Positions 1 to 10,600 are shown, counted from the stretch's first letter. The stretch: 64,000 bases of DNA from Octopus vulgaris (GCA_951406725.2 OX597818.1:87296001-87360000), one strand, 5' to 3'. Made by a program: numbers and translations. The notes: a model not told the origin generated them from the letters alone.

Positions 1-589
1 AGTTCCAATCATAAAGATAACCATTAAGTTTACTTTCTACACCCAGCCTGTTGCTGGTAATATATATCAGAAAGTGGCAGAAAGTTAATTGTCCTTCGAA
101 TTTATGATTAAAAAAAAAAGTGGAACAGACTACTACCTAACACTCACTATTTAGTGGTTGGTACTAAGATGGTCAAAGCAAACAATAAAGCCCATAGCAC
201 TAGTCGGATCTTTTCAACCTAACCAGCTCCAGTCAGCAAGGATATGAGCATAAAATGAAGACAAGGTGGAAAGTGCCACAAACATTTGTATCTACATAAT
301 TTAGTAGAACAAAAGGAGAAGCCTGTAAAGTGACAGGACAACAGTATCAACCCGAGCACTTGCACCCACTAACCCTACATTTCTCCATACTTTTCAACCT
401 AACTCTAGTCAGCAAGGATATGAGCATAAAATGAAGTTGGAAAATGACAAACATTTAGATCTGCATATAACTTATTGGAACAAAAGTGGCTGGATATGGC
501 CTATTTTAAAGCTAATGGGTTAGTCTTCTAACGGACACTAGAATGCAGATGTAATCTAATATTGCATTTAACCACTGACATTAGTAGTG

Positions 590-662
590 GTGTCTCCATC
601 AGTTGGGTGATCCTGACTAGTCATCATAAAAGATCAGAATTCTTTCTTCCTCATTGAGACAC
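590..662 (-). ncRNA. Box C/D snoRNA candidate, copy 1 (RPL18 intron 2)
   Basis: Minus strand GTGTCTC-a-ATGAGGA(C)...CTGA(D')...ATGATGA(C')...TCAGGATCACCCAA-CTGA(D)-tg-GAGACAC. It has a 7-bp terminal stem and is sense to the host gene. Confidence 0.75.
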
Positions 663-695
663 TACTATTTTAATTTAAACTCTAGAACCAGTTAA

Positions 696-903
696 CCCTT
701 TCATTATCAACCTGGCTGAAACCGGCTCAGGCTCTGTAGTACAACTGTCTTGTTTTCAAAATCTTCCACCAAACCTTAGTCACAATTTATGTTCCTAACA
801 CTAGCTGAATGATAACTAAGTTGTTTTACTAAATTCTTTGTTATATTTAAACTAATTGAAAGAAACACAGAGCATCTCAAAATAAATACAGTTAATGAAA
901 GGG
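696..903. mobile_element. piggyBac-type MITE (TTAA TSD)
   Basis: TTAA|CCCTTTCATTA...TAATGAAAGGG|TTAA. The empty site (gaaccacTTAAtctac) is visible in the older paralogue at ~4241-4256. Confidence 0.85.
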
Positions 904-1017
904 TTAATCTACACACAGGAAATGTACCTGTGCCAGCAGCGCTGGGTCTATAAAAAAAAAAAAAATTTCCAGAGAGTTTACCACTTTAGGCACTATATTC
1001 TATTCTGCTCTAGACAC

Positions 1018-1214
1018 AAGGACAGAAATGTTGTGGGGGGGGGGGGGGCAAGTTGATTGACTCCAGTACACCACTGGTACTTAATTTATCGACCCCCAAA
1101 AGGATGAAAGGCGAAGTCAACCTCGACGGAATTTGATCTCAGAATGTAAAGACAGACGAAATACCCCTAAGCATTTCATCCAGTGTGCTAATGTTCCTGC
1201 CAGCTCACTGCCTT
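1018..1214 (-). mobile_element. tRNA-derived SINE family A (GGCGGCGAGCTGGCAG head), diverged; duplicate at ~2195-2415
   Basis: Contains the reverse complement of TTTGCCTTTCATCCTTT...GGTCGATAAATTAAGTACCAG, shared with many copies in the window. Confidence 0.85.
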
Positions 1215-1748
1215 ACTTTAGACACTCTATAAGTTAACCAACCTTTTCGGATAATACCATAACTGTTAGTAAATATTATCAATGAATAAGCTCCTTTGAT
1301 AACCGAATAATGATGTTATGATGATAAAAGGTTTAAACGGATGCAAGATGACGTACAATTCAATTGTAATGGCAACCACTAAGTTTACTTTATATATCCA
1401 GCTTGTTGCAGCCAATACAGGGTCACCGAGAAAGGTTTCTGTGATTTTAGTTGTCAGATGCACTAGCTATAAGCAAGCAATCTGCATGAAAATAACAAAC
1501 ATTTAGATCTACATAACTTATTGAAACAAAAGTGGCTGGATATGGCCTATTGGTTCCAAGCAGTGCTGTTTTCAGCAAGTGCTCCCCCTTATTGCAGCCC
1601 CTATTTGTTCCACGTACTTCGAGATTTTTGCTCACTGTTCCCAGGGCTCCGACAATTTAATGCTAATGGGTTTAGTCTTCTAACGGGCACTAGAATTGCA
1701 GATGGTCTGGTAGTCTAATATCGCATTTAACAACTGACATCAGTAGTG

Positions 1749-1824
1749 GTGTCTCCATCAGTTGGGTGATCCTGACTAGTCATCATAAAAGATGATCAGA
1801 ATTCTTTCTTCCTCATTGAGACAC
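1749..1824 (-). ncRNA. Box C/D snoRNA candidate, copy 2
   Basis: Same boxes, stem and guide as copy 1, with a 3-nt indel between D' and C'. Confidence 0.75.
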
Positions 1825-1857
1825 TACTATTCTAATTTAAACCCTAGAACCAGTTAA

Positions 1858-2065
1858 CCATTTCATTATCAACCTGGCTGAAACCGGCTCTGGCTCTGTA
1901 GTACAAATGTCTTGTTTTCAAAATCTTCCACCAAACCTTAGTCACAATTTATGTTCCTAACACTAGCTGAATGATAACTAAGTTGTTTTACTAAATTCTT
2001 TGTTATATTTAAACTAATTGAAAGAAACAGAGAGCATCTCAAAATAAATACAGTTAACAAAATGG
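1858..2065. mobile_element. piggyBac-type MITE, duplicated copy
   Basis: TTAA|CCATTT...AAATGG|TTAA, with the same body as 696-903. Confidence 0.85.
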
Positions 2066-2619
2066 TTAATCTACATTTCCAAATTAAAAGCTAACACACA
2101 GGAAATGTACCTGTGCCAGCAACGCTGGGTCTATAAAAAAAATAAATTTCCAGAGAGTCTACCACTTTAGGCACTATATTCTGTTCTCTAGACACAAGGA
2201 CAGAAATTTTGTTTTGTTTTTTTTTTGGTGTGTGTGTGTGTGTGGGGGTGTCAAGTTGATTGACTCCAGTACACCACTGGTACTTAATTTATCAACCCCA
2301 AAAGGATGAAAGGCCAAGTCAACCTCGACGGAATTTGAACTCAGAATGTAAAGACAGACGAAATACCCCTAAGCATTTCATCCAGTGTGCCAATGTTCCT
2401 GCCAGCTCGCTGCCTTACTTTAGACACTCTATAAGTTAACCAACCTTTTCAGATAATACCATAACTGTTAGTAAATATTATCAATGAATAAGCTCCTTTG
2501 ATAACCGAATAATGATGTTATGATGATAAAAGGTTTAAATGGATGCAAGATGATGTACAATTAAATCGTAATGGCAACCACTAAGTTTACTTTATATATC
2601 CAGCTTGTTGCAGCCAATA

Positions 2620-3295
2620 CAGGGTCACCGAGAAAGGTTTCTGTGATTTTAGTTGTCAGATGCACTAGCTATAAGCAAGCAATCTGCATGAAATCGATGT
2701 GGGACTGTAGAACAGCTGTAAGAGTTTTGATATTTGCAGTAGGTCTGGTAGTCTAATATCGCATTTAACAACTGACATTAGTAGTTGTGTCTCCATCAGT
2801 TGGGTGATCCTGACTAGTCATCATAAAAGATGATCAGAATTCTTTCTTCCTCATTGAGACACTACTATTCTAATTTAAACCCTAGAACCACTTAACCCTT
2901 TCGTTATCAACCTGGCTGAAATCACTATTTCATTAGTGAGCATCTGACCAGTCACTCCACAGAAATTGTGGCAACTGTACAGCAGAAAGCACAGTGTTGA
3001 GCTGCATCGAAACCGGAAATTTCTACGCAGAAAAAAAGCAAGAATCTGCAACATTCAAGAGAGAATCCATGCAGCAATAGTGACTGTGAATCCGGATATG
3101 ATTCAGCGCACCTGGAGGGAGGTTGACTATTGCTTAGGTATTTGCCGTGCAACAAAGGGATCTCATATTGAAACCTACTAAGTAATGTAAGAAAAATTTA
3201 AGATTTTTCTGTGTTTTGGTGTATAAATAAATAGTATACCTTTAATACAGATTTAACTAATTTTGAAATCATGGAAACCTTTCTCGATGACCCTG
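2620..3295 (+). mobile_element. Internally deleted Tc1/mariner-superfamily transposon
   Basis: TIRs CAGGGTCACCGAGAAAGGTTTC / GAAACCTTTCTCGATGACCCTG with TA at the left end. ORF 2966-3181 ends like a transposase C-terminus (ERIHAAIVTVNPDMIQRTWREVDYCLGICRATKGSHIE). Confidence 0.8.
2787..2862 (-). ncRNA. Box C/D snoRNA candidate, copy 3 (embedded in a Tc1/mariner relic)
   Basis: Core identical to copy 2. Confidence 0.72.
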
Positions 3296-4143
3296 GAATG
3301 CAGCACGAAGTCAACTATCCTTCAAATTTTAGGATTAAAAAAAAAAAAAAAAAGGGAGGGACTACCCAGCATTCACTGTTGAATGGTTGGCACTAAGACA
3401 GTCAAAGCAAACAATAGAGCCAACAGTTGGATCCTTTCAACCTAACCAACTCCAGTCAGCAAGTTTACGAGCATAAAATGAAGATAAATTGGAAAATGAC
3501 AAACATTTGGATCTATGTAATTTATTAGAAAAGAAGAAACCTGTAAGGTGACATATCAGTATCAACCCTAGCACTTGCACTCATTAAGGCTACATTTCTC
3601 CATTTTCTAAACTTAAATGAAAAAGGAAACAGCCTAAAGAATTGAAAGGTGCTAGAACCAATGGCCTGTTTATATCCCCTTCAGATTTGATCTAATGAGA
3701 TTATGGTAGAAGACACTTGCTCGGCATACAACTAGGAACATCATAATTTTCACTGAGGGAGACTCTCCAACCCAAGAATCAGTTGACAAACAAGATATGT
3801 ACCAGTGGCTTCTTGTTTAGTTACAAGACCAGCTGCCTTTAGTATTCAGATTACTGTCAAATGCAATGCTTATTTTACCCACATCGCTTGTTTTCAATTA
3901 CTCATACCTTATCTCTCAGCTTTGATTGCATACTTTTAGAATGACATTGTAGAGTAGGTGTAAGAGGCCAAACCCAGCCAGTTTGAACAAAACAAATACA
4001 ATATTTTGGCTGGATATGGCTTATTTCAACACTAATGGGTTAAAGATATTCAGGCTACAGTCAACCCAATCTTTTAAACGGGCACTAGAATTGCAGATGC
4101 TCTGATAGTCTAATATTACATTTAACAACCGATATTAGTAGTT

Positions 4144-4218
4144 GTGTCTTCATCAGTTGGGTGATCCTGAAAGGTCATCACAAAAGATAATCAGAATTTT
4201 TCTTCCTCATTGAGACAC
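4144..4218 (-). ncRNA. Box C/D snoRNA candidate, copy 4 (older paralogue)
   Basis: Spacers have diverged (CTAG->AAGG on +) but boxes C, D', C' (GTGATGA), D and the guide TCAGGATCACCCAA are retained. The one stem change gives a G.U-compatible or peripheral substitution. Confidence 0.75.
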
Positions 4219-5381
4219 TCATACTCTAATTTACTCACTAGAACCACTTAATCTACATTTCCAAATTAAAAGCTGCTAACACAGGTTGTGTACCTGTGCC
4301 AGCAGCTCTGGGTCTCAAAAAATATCTTTCCAGAGAGTCTACCACTTTAGACACTATATTCTGTTGTCTGATAGTTAACCAACCTTTTCAGATACTACCT
4401 ACCCTAACTGTTAATAAATATTGTCATTAATGAATAAGCTCTTTTGATAACAACCTGTTTTGAAGTGATGTAATATTAAAACTGCCATCAAAATTGTTTG
4501 AAATAGCTGAATAACATTAAAATTAAGACAGTATAGTTTAAAAAGATAGTAGCAAGAGTAAATAGTGTATATCTAAAATCAAGCAACTTTATAGAAGATC
4601 CCATGTGGACTCGATAGGAGTATAATTCTTCCCCAGATACTGAGACATTTTGCTAATTGAATTTAAAAGAAACACTGCATTTTCTGTAGGTTTTTACCCT
4701 CTGAGCCCACCCAACATGCAGCTAATGTATCCAATAAATGGGATCTCCCAATGACAAGGTAAACTGAGTAATCAACATATTCTTGGCACAAAGTATAGCC
4801 TGCGATCTACCATTTGTTTGGATAATTACTACTTCCAAGGTTCCGCTAGCTATGAAACATATGTAGCCTGGATTATATCTCTTCCATTCCTTAATTTTGG
4901 ATGTTTAATTTGCATATACAGCAATCCCAGTTGCTAACCATGAACTTTAAAATAACCTTTTTTATTCAATACATGGAAAATACACAACTTCCAGTGCCAA
5001 TAAACCCCTATTGTTCCTGAAAGTTGTATTTTTATTTCTTCTAAAGACTGCTTGAAGCACACTAACTTCCAATACATTGAAGCTTACCTTCTTCCTATAT
5101 CTATATATTAGAATGCAGCAGAAAATTAATCAGTTTTCAAATAATAAGAAAAAACACAAGACACTTTAAGTGGTGTTGGCACTATGAAGACAATGGAGCT
5201 CAATACATCATACATTTTCTATGGGTTTTAATTCTTTGAACCCAAACACATTGCAGGCAGCCGTATGGTTTTCCAGTCAAAAATAAGGATGTTTCTGCCT
5301 ATTTGTGAGCTATGAACACAAAAAAATCACACGGTCATGTTTCTTTTCTTACACTGTATGTATGTGTGTGTGTGTGTATAT

Positions 5382-5615
5382 ATATTTCTTTACTACCCAC
5401 AAGGGGCTAAACATAGAGGGGACAAACAAGGACAGACAAAGGGATTAAGTCGATTACATCGACCCCAGTGCGTAACTGGTACTTAATTTATCGACCCCGA
5501 AAGGATGAAAGGCAAAGTCGACCTCGGCGGAATTTGAACCCAGAACACTTAACGGCAGACGAAATACGGCTACGCATTTCGCCCGACGTGCTAACGTTTC
5601 TGCCAGCTCGCCGCC
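5382..5615 (-). mobile_element. SINE family A, full length
   Basis: Near-identical to 30321-30552 in reverse. tRNA-like A/B boxes in the head. Confidence 0.93.
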
Positions 5616-5831
5616 TCGTGTGTGTGTATATATATAAATAAACCTGTCCCCTCAATGTACTAATCTGTTTAAAGGACTATTTAATGTTCACCCTAATCTT
5701 GCATTTAAAAACCAACCGAAAAAAAAATAATTATATGATGATGCAAGTATTAACTACCCAACTATCAACTATGTGAATGATCATTCAAAGAACCACATGA
5801 TTGAATCAAAGTGTGGTCGATCATCTACAGA

Positions 5832-5895
5832 AATGGTGTCTCCAGCAGCTGCAAAAAGAATCAGAATTATTTTCACCTCATCGGAGACAGCCATT
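5832..5895 (-). pseudogene. Decayed paralogue of the C/D snoRNA family (guide deleted, D box CTGA->CTGC)
   Basis: Minus strand tgtctcc-gATGAGGtGAAAatAATTCTGAT...ctgctGGAGACAC aligns to copies 1-4. Confidence 0.55.
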
Positions 5896-6472
5896 CCGCA
5901 TTCTACATGTGCAGAATTTTGTCTACTACATTTCAATAAGTGATTACCACCTGAACTATGACAAATCTCTATCCCATCATCTCCAATAAAGATGCACCGA
6001 ATACTTTTCTTTCCACTGTATTTTAATGTTTTAATTCTTGGACCATATTCAAGTTGAAATACATTGGCTTTGTTTTAATTAAATTCGAATATAATGATGA
6101 ATTTAGTAAAATAACTCAACCTGGTGTCAGGAACATAAATTAGCATTCTTGTCTCAAGTTTTAAATTTAGATCACTTTAAAATAAGTTTGTACCATAGGC
6201 GGTTTAGTATCAAAAGGATTAGATTAAGGTGTTTCATTTCACATAAGTAAACTAATTCCAAGCATTCGTTACATATATCAACGAAGAAGTTATTTACAAA
6301 TGCGATGGCCATGGTTGGAATACTTATGCTTCAAGTTTAACAACACCCACGTGGCTCAATTACTATATATAACAGTGAATAAATGTTGTGAAAAACAATA
6401 CACAGCCTGTACACAACGCATAACCCGGCCCCTGTAGACTCTAACGTAAAGCTTTTTTATCAAAGGAGCAGA

Positions 6473-6520
6473 TTCCATCAGCTGAAGGATATTGACTACC
6501 ACAACATAAAGTCAGAATCA
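6473..6520 (-). pseudogene. Highly decayed paralogue of the C/D snoRNA family
   Basis: Plus-strand ccatcagctgaaggatattgactaccacaacataaagtcagaat aligns with ccatcagttgggtgatcctgactagtcatcataaaagatcagaat. Confidence 0.4.
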
Positions 6521-7181
6521 TTAATATAGTAAAATAAGGATAGCTAAGGGGATGACAATACACAGTCTAACAACCAACCCCTATTTTTATGTCCAAATAC
6601 AGTTGCTTTCATACGCACACCACCCGTTTTCGGCGTAACCCTAAATACCGGGTGTGCGTATTCATCGCCATAACGGTGGTGCCTTAAAACTTACACGTGG
6701 TGTATATTTGTCTTGTGTCCCCACGGTGGGAGTTTTAAGTAAATATTGCAATTAAGCCAATCTCAGTACGAGGTTGCAAGCGATAGAGGCAGTAAAATAT
6801 CCAACGTTTAATATTATTGAAGTTTAAGCGAATCAAATTCTTCAATCTCATTTCATTCCGCTTTTTGTGATCATTTGAACAAAACCTCCCATAACAATAA
6901 ACGAACTAACATTAAACAAAGAATGTAACAATATCCTCTAATTACGATTACTGTTGGGGGGGGAAAAAACCGCAGGTGATAACAATAAGCGGCTTCCACT
7001 ATACATTAGACCATTTTTATTTTCGTTCACGTGTGCGTGGGAAGAAATGCCATTTTATACAAGTTATGCACATATTTGGATGGATTTTTTTCCATACATT
7101 AATCATTTATATAATATAATGATGAAAAAGAAGATATTTAACATAATATAACAAGAAATAAAGCGCATGTGGTGGTCTTAC

Positions 7182-7268
7182 CTTGACGAGTAACCTGAGA
7201 TAGATATCATTGCTTTTGGGGGCTTTTCTCCTCACTTTCCTCTCAAATCGATGGCAAATATCGATACC
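7182..7268 (-). CDS. RPL18: 60S ribosomal protein L18 (eL18), coding exon 2; the gene continues beyond the left window edge
   Basis: Reverse strand reads cag|GGT...AAG|gtaag, translating to [29 protein letters not shown]. This matches the eL18 N-terminus (human [29 protein letters not shown]). Canonical splice sites, 87 bp, phase 0. No exon 3 (LYRFLARRT) found in 1-7181. Confidence 0.97.
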
Positions 7269-7393
7269 CTGTCAGTAGATATATCAAATAAGAGTGATTA
7301 ATAAGCGTAAGCAAAACCATTTTGGTAAAATTAACAACGGATTCATTAGATTATAAGCAAAAGATTTCATCGCTATAATCAGCACAAACTCAC

Positions 7394-7396
7394 CAT
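7394..7396 (-). CDS. RPL18: RPL18 exon 1 coding part (ATG only)
   Basis: Minus strand ccaccATG|gtgagt: Kozak context followed directly by a donor site. The 125-bp intron 1 joins in frame to exon 2. Confidence 0.93.
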
Positions 7397-7409
7397 GGTG
7401 GATATCAGC

Positions 7410-7470
7410 GGAAAAAGAAAGACTACGGGATTCTGGGTAGTAAAGGGCAAGTAATTCAGGCAACTTCCGC
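7410..7470 (-). promoter_or_regulatory. RPL18 TCT initiator / 5'TOP tract and proximal promoter
   Basis: Minus strand tCTTTCTTTTTCC (7421-7410) lies just upstream of the ATG, typical of ribosomal protein genes. A Staf/ZNF143-like CTACCCAGAATCCC (~7427-7440) and an ETS-like ACTTCCG (7463-7469) lie upstream. Confidence 0.8.
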
Positions 7471-8608
7471 TTTTGCTCTTGATAATTGGGAATTTGACAT
7501 AATACGTTAAATGTATAAATTCGTAAACATCGATGTTTATCTATCCATTTCTCTTTCTCTATATATATTTATAATGCAGAGAGAAAGAGAAAGATGTATG
7601 TTTATATATATATATAATACATGTGTGTGGAGAGAGAGAGAAAGAGATGTGTATAGGTTTGTTAGTACAAACAGGATAAAACATGAATGTGCACATATAA
7701 ATATGTGTATGTATTCAGGCGATGTGGTGGAATTCTGGTTTAAGTTCCCTCATAACTTCTTTATTTTGGGGGAATTCTTAGAAAATCTTGACGAACTTTG
7801 TGTTCAACACACGGGAATCTATACGATTATATGTAAAAAAAAAAATTTTAAAAACTGGTGTGTGACTTAAGGGCGATCTAGCTGTTGTTTTTCGCACATC
7901 TCACGACCACCTGACACTTTCCTCGTTTCTTCGTCACTCTAATGTGTATTGATGATTTTCAATATTTGTTCTCTCCATAAACATATTTAATGTTCCATTG
8001 GTGGGAATTAAGCAAAAAAATTCCGACTGTCCGTCTTTTAAAATCAGATTTTTTTTAGAAATCGAAAAAGAGTAGAAATTTTAGGATTTGGTGGGGAGGG
8101 CAGTTATTAAAGCATTTTTTTTTTTTTTTTTTAGATAATCGTTTAAATTCCAGTGTGTAGAAAAACTGGCGAAGGTGAAGAATACGCACACTAGCCGTTT
8201 TCGGCGTAACCCTAACCGCCGAAAACGGGTAATGTGATCCTCGCCCACAAATTCGCAAAACATTTCCGAAAATTCCAAAATATAAAAAGTTATGTCGTGC
8301 TTAAACCAGAATTCTCCCCGGGAATTGTTTGTTTTTTTATCAGTGGAATGACTCATGGGATGAGAGTTTCGTGGGCTAGCGCTAACCAAACTCGGTCTTT
8401 GGAGTCACTTCTGATTAAAAAATAATGTTTGTATGTGTGTTATGGTCCTAATGAAGAATTACGGCTGAATTATTTCCTCAAATAAAAGAGTAGAAAGGTA
8501 AAGAGATATACATACAGACAAACAGAGAAAGTAAATAAAAGTTGCTATAATTCTCTTCAATCATTAATGAATTGACATTATCACAATTTGCTGTCTTGTC
8601 TCGAATTT

Positions 8609-8859
8609 ACATTATTTACATTTGACGGATATTTGTCCTCATTTTGTTTGTTGTTAACACAATGTTTCGGCTGATATACCCTCCAGCCTTCATCAGATGT
8701 CTTGGGGAATGAGAACCCAGGTTCAAAATTTCCCCAAGGTACCTGATGAAAGCTGGAGGGTATATCAACCGAAACTTTGTGTTAACAACAAACAAGATGA
8801 GGACAAATATCCGTCAATTGTAAATAATGTACATAATTCCTCATCTCTTAATTATAGAA
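8609..8859. mobile_element. Palindromic Penelope-like non-autonomous element with 18-bp TSD and hammerhead relics
   Basis: ~100-bp inverted arms (8609-8830). The flanking direct repeat is CTGTCTTGTCTCGAATTT / CTGTATTGTCTCGAATTT. Each arm has a CTGATGA-stem-GAAAC core. Confidence 0.7.
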
Positions 8860-8910
8860 CTGTATTGTCTCGAATTTGTTTCCTCATAACTTTTCTATAT
8901 GCATATTAGT

Positions 8911-10600
8911 TTATTTATTTTATCTAGTTTCAGCTCATGAGCTGGGGCACCGCTATTTGGTGTTGCTACATGATTTTACTTCACGAATGCTCTTTAGCAA
9001 TTGCCAAATGGTGCATGAGACAGTTCGATGCAGCTGCCCTCATTTGCACCTCCTGCCGTGAAGTTGGTTCATCTGGGACACCTGACAGGAAGAGATCCAG
9101 TTTTATTTTAAAGACATCTGCATCCACCCCATGCAGGTCTCTCAGGTTCTTCAGGAGGATATTGAAGAACTGTGGGCCTCTGAAGCCCAGGCTATCACAG
9201 TATCTTGTCCTACATCTTGATGGCAAATTTGGAGTCCTTGACACTATGCAGTGGCGCCCAGTTCTAGCATTTGTGTAACTCTCGATGCCAAATTTTGGGA
9301 CAAGTCCTTCTAGGATCTTCCAGATGTATATTATGGCATATCTTTCTCGCCTATGCTCTAAGGAATAGAGTCTTAATCTCTTGAGTCTTTCCCGATAGCT
9401 TATATGCTGCACAGAGGCTATCTTCTTCGTGTAGCTTTGTTGGATTGCCTCAAGTTATGTGATTAACTTGACACTGGATGGTGACCATAGCTGAGAGCAA
9501 TAGTCAAAGTGGCTTAGGACAAGTGTCCTTCAGAGGACCATCATGGTTTCCTGGTCTCTTGTTCTAAAGGTTCTAAGAATCCATCCAATCAGCTGCCTAC
9601 ATTTCATTGCCAATTTATCAACATGCACATGAAAGGTTGCATCATCACTCATGTAAATACCCAGGTCTCACACTGATTGTGCCTCTGGGATTGCAATCCC
9701 TCCAGGTCCAGTGTATTTATTGGGTATTGCATTTAGTTTTGCATGCTGATAGCATAAAGCTTGAAACTTTTCAGTATTGAACTGCATGCTATTCTTTTCA
9801 GCCCACTTGTATATTTTGTCCAGCACACATTGCAGGTGCATAGTGTCTTCAGGGTTCTGTATTGCCTGTGAAACTTTTGTATCATCTGCATAACTTGTGA
9901 TTGTGGCTGAGGGCATGTTGAGAAGGCCGTTATGAACAGTAGTGGTCGCAAAACAGTGCCTTGTGGAACACCGCTCACTATTAGCGTGTTAATGGAAGTG
10001 GCCCCATTGGCTGCTACCACCTGGCTTCTATCCTTCAGAAAGTCATGAAGCCATTCTCCCAATTTTCCAACTATGCCAAGATCACACAGTTTGTGACATA
10101 TCATTCCATGATCGACTTTATCAAAGGTCTTTGCAAAGTCGACATATATGACTTCCACATTTGAGTGGTTGAGCAGTTGTTTCAGCACCCAGTCATAGTG
10201 TTGTAGGAACTGAGTTAGGCAGCTTCTTCCTGGTCAGAAACCATGTTGGGTGTCAGGCAGCAAGTCATTTTCTTCAAGGAAGGTAATTAGTTTCCTTCTG
10301 ACTATTCATTCCATGACCTTGCTGATGTGTGAGGTCAGAGAGATAGGTCTGTAGTTCTTGGCCTCTGCTCTGCTACCTCCTTTATGAATAGGGCATATTT
10401 TACCTTCCTTCAGTTTTCTTGGAAGTTTGCCAGTTGCAAGGAAGCTCTGAAAGAGGAACTGCAGTGGTCTTGTTAGGACTCTCTTACATACTTTTAGAAG
10501 GATTGCTGGGAATCCATCGGGGCCAGTAGCTGAGTTTGTTTTCATTTCATCTATAGCCTTTATTACATCATCTTCCTTTATATTGATTTAATCAATCATC
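8911..10600 (-). mobile_element. 5'-truncated CR1/L2-group LINE, reverse transcriptase pseudogene
   Basis: Broken ORFs with GPDGFP, NYRPISLTS, VDFAKTFDKV, SGVPQGTVL, YADD and a CR1-like C-terminus (YRERLKRLRLYSLEHRRER). Frameshifts and stops present; A-rich tail. Confidence 0.93.

Larger units (their letters stand above)
440..2692. repeat. Recent tandem duplication (~440-1490 and ~1490-2692) inside RPL18 intron 2; an older paralogous block lies at ~3310-4450
   Basis: Same order of snoRNA, TTAA MITE, SINE and mariner TIR in both units, with high identity. 85-390 aligns to 3310-3605. Confidence 0.9.

Noticed and set aside
1266-1506. Duplicated small ORFs (MATTKFTLY...) as RPL18 downstream exons
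   Set aside because: No similarity to eL18; they overlap a mariner TIR within the tandem duplication.
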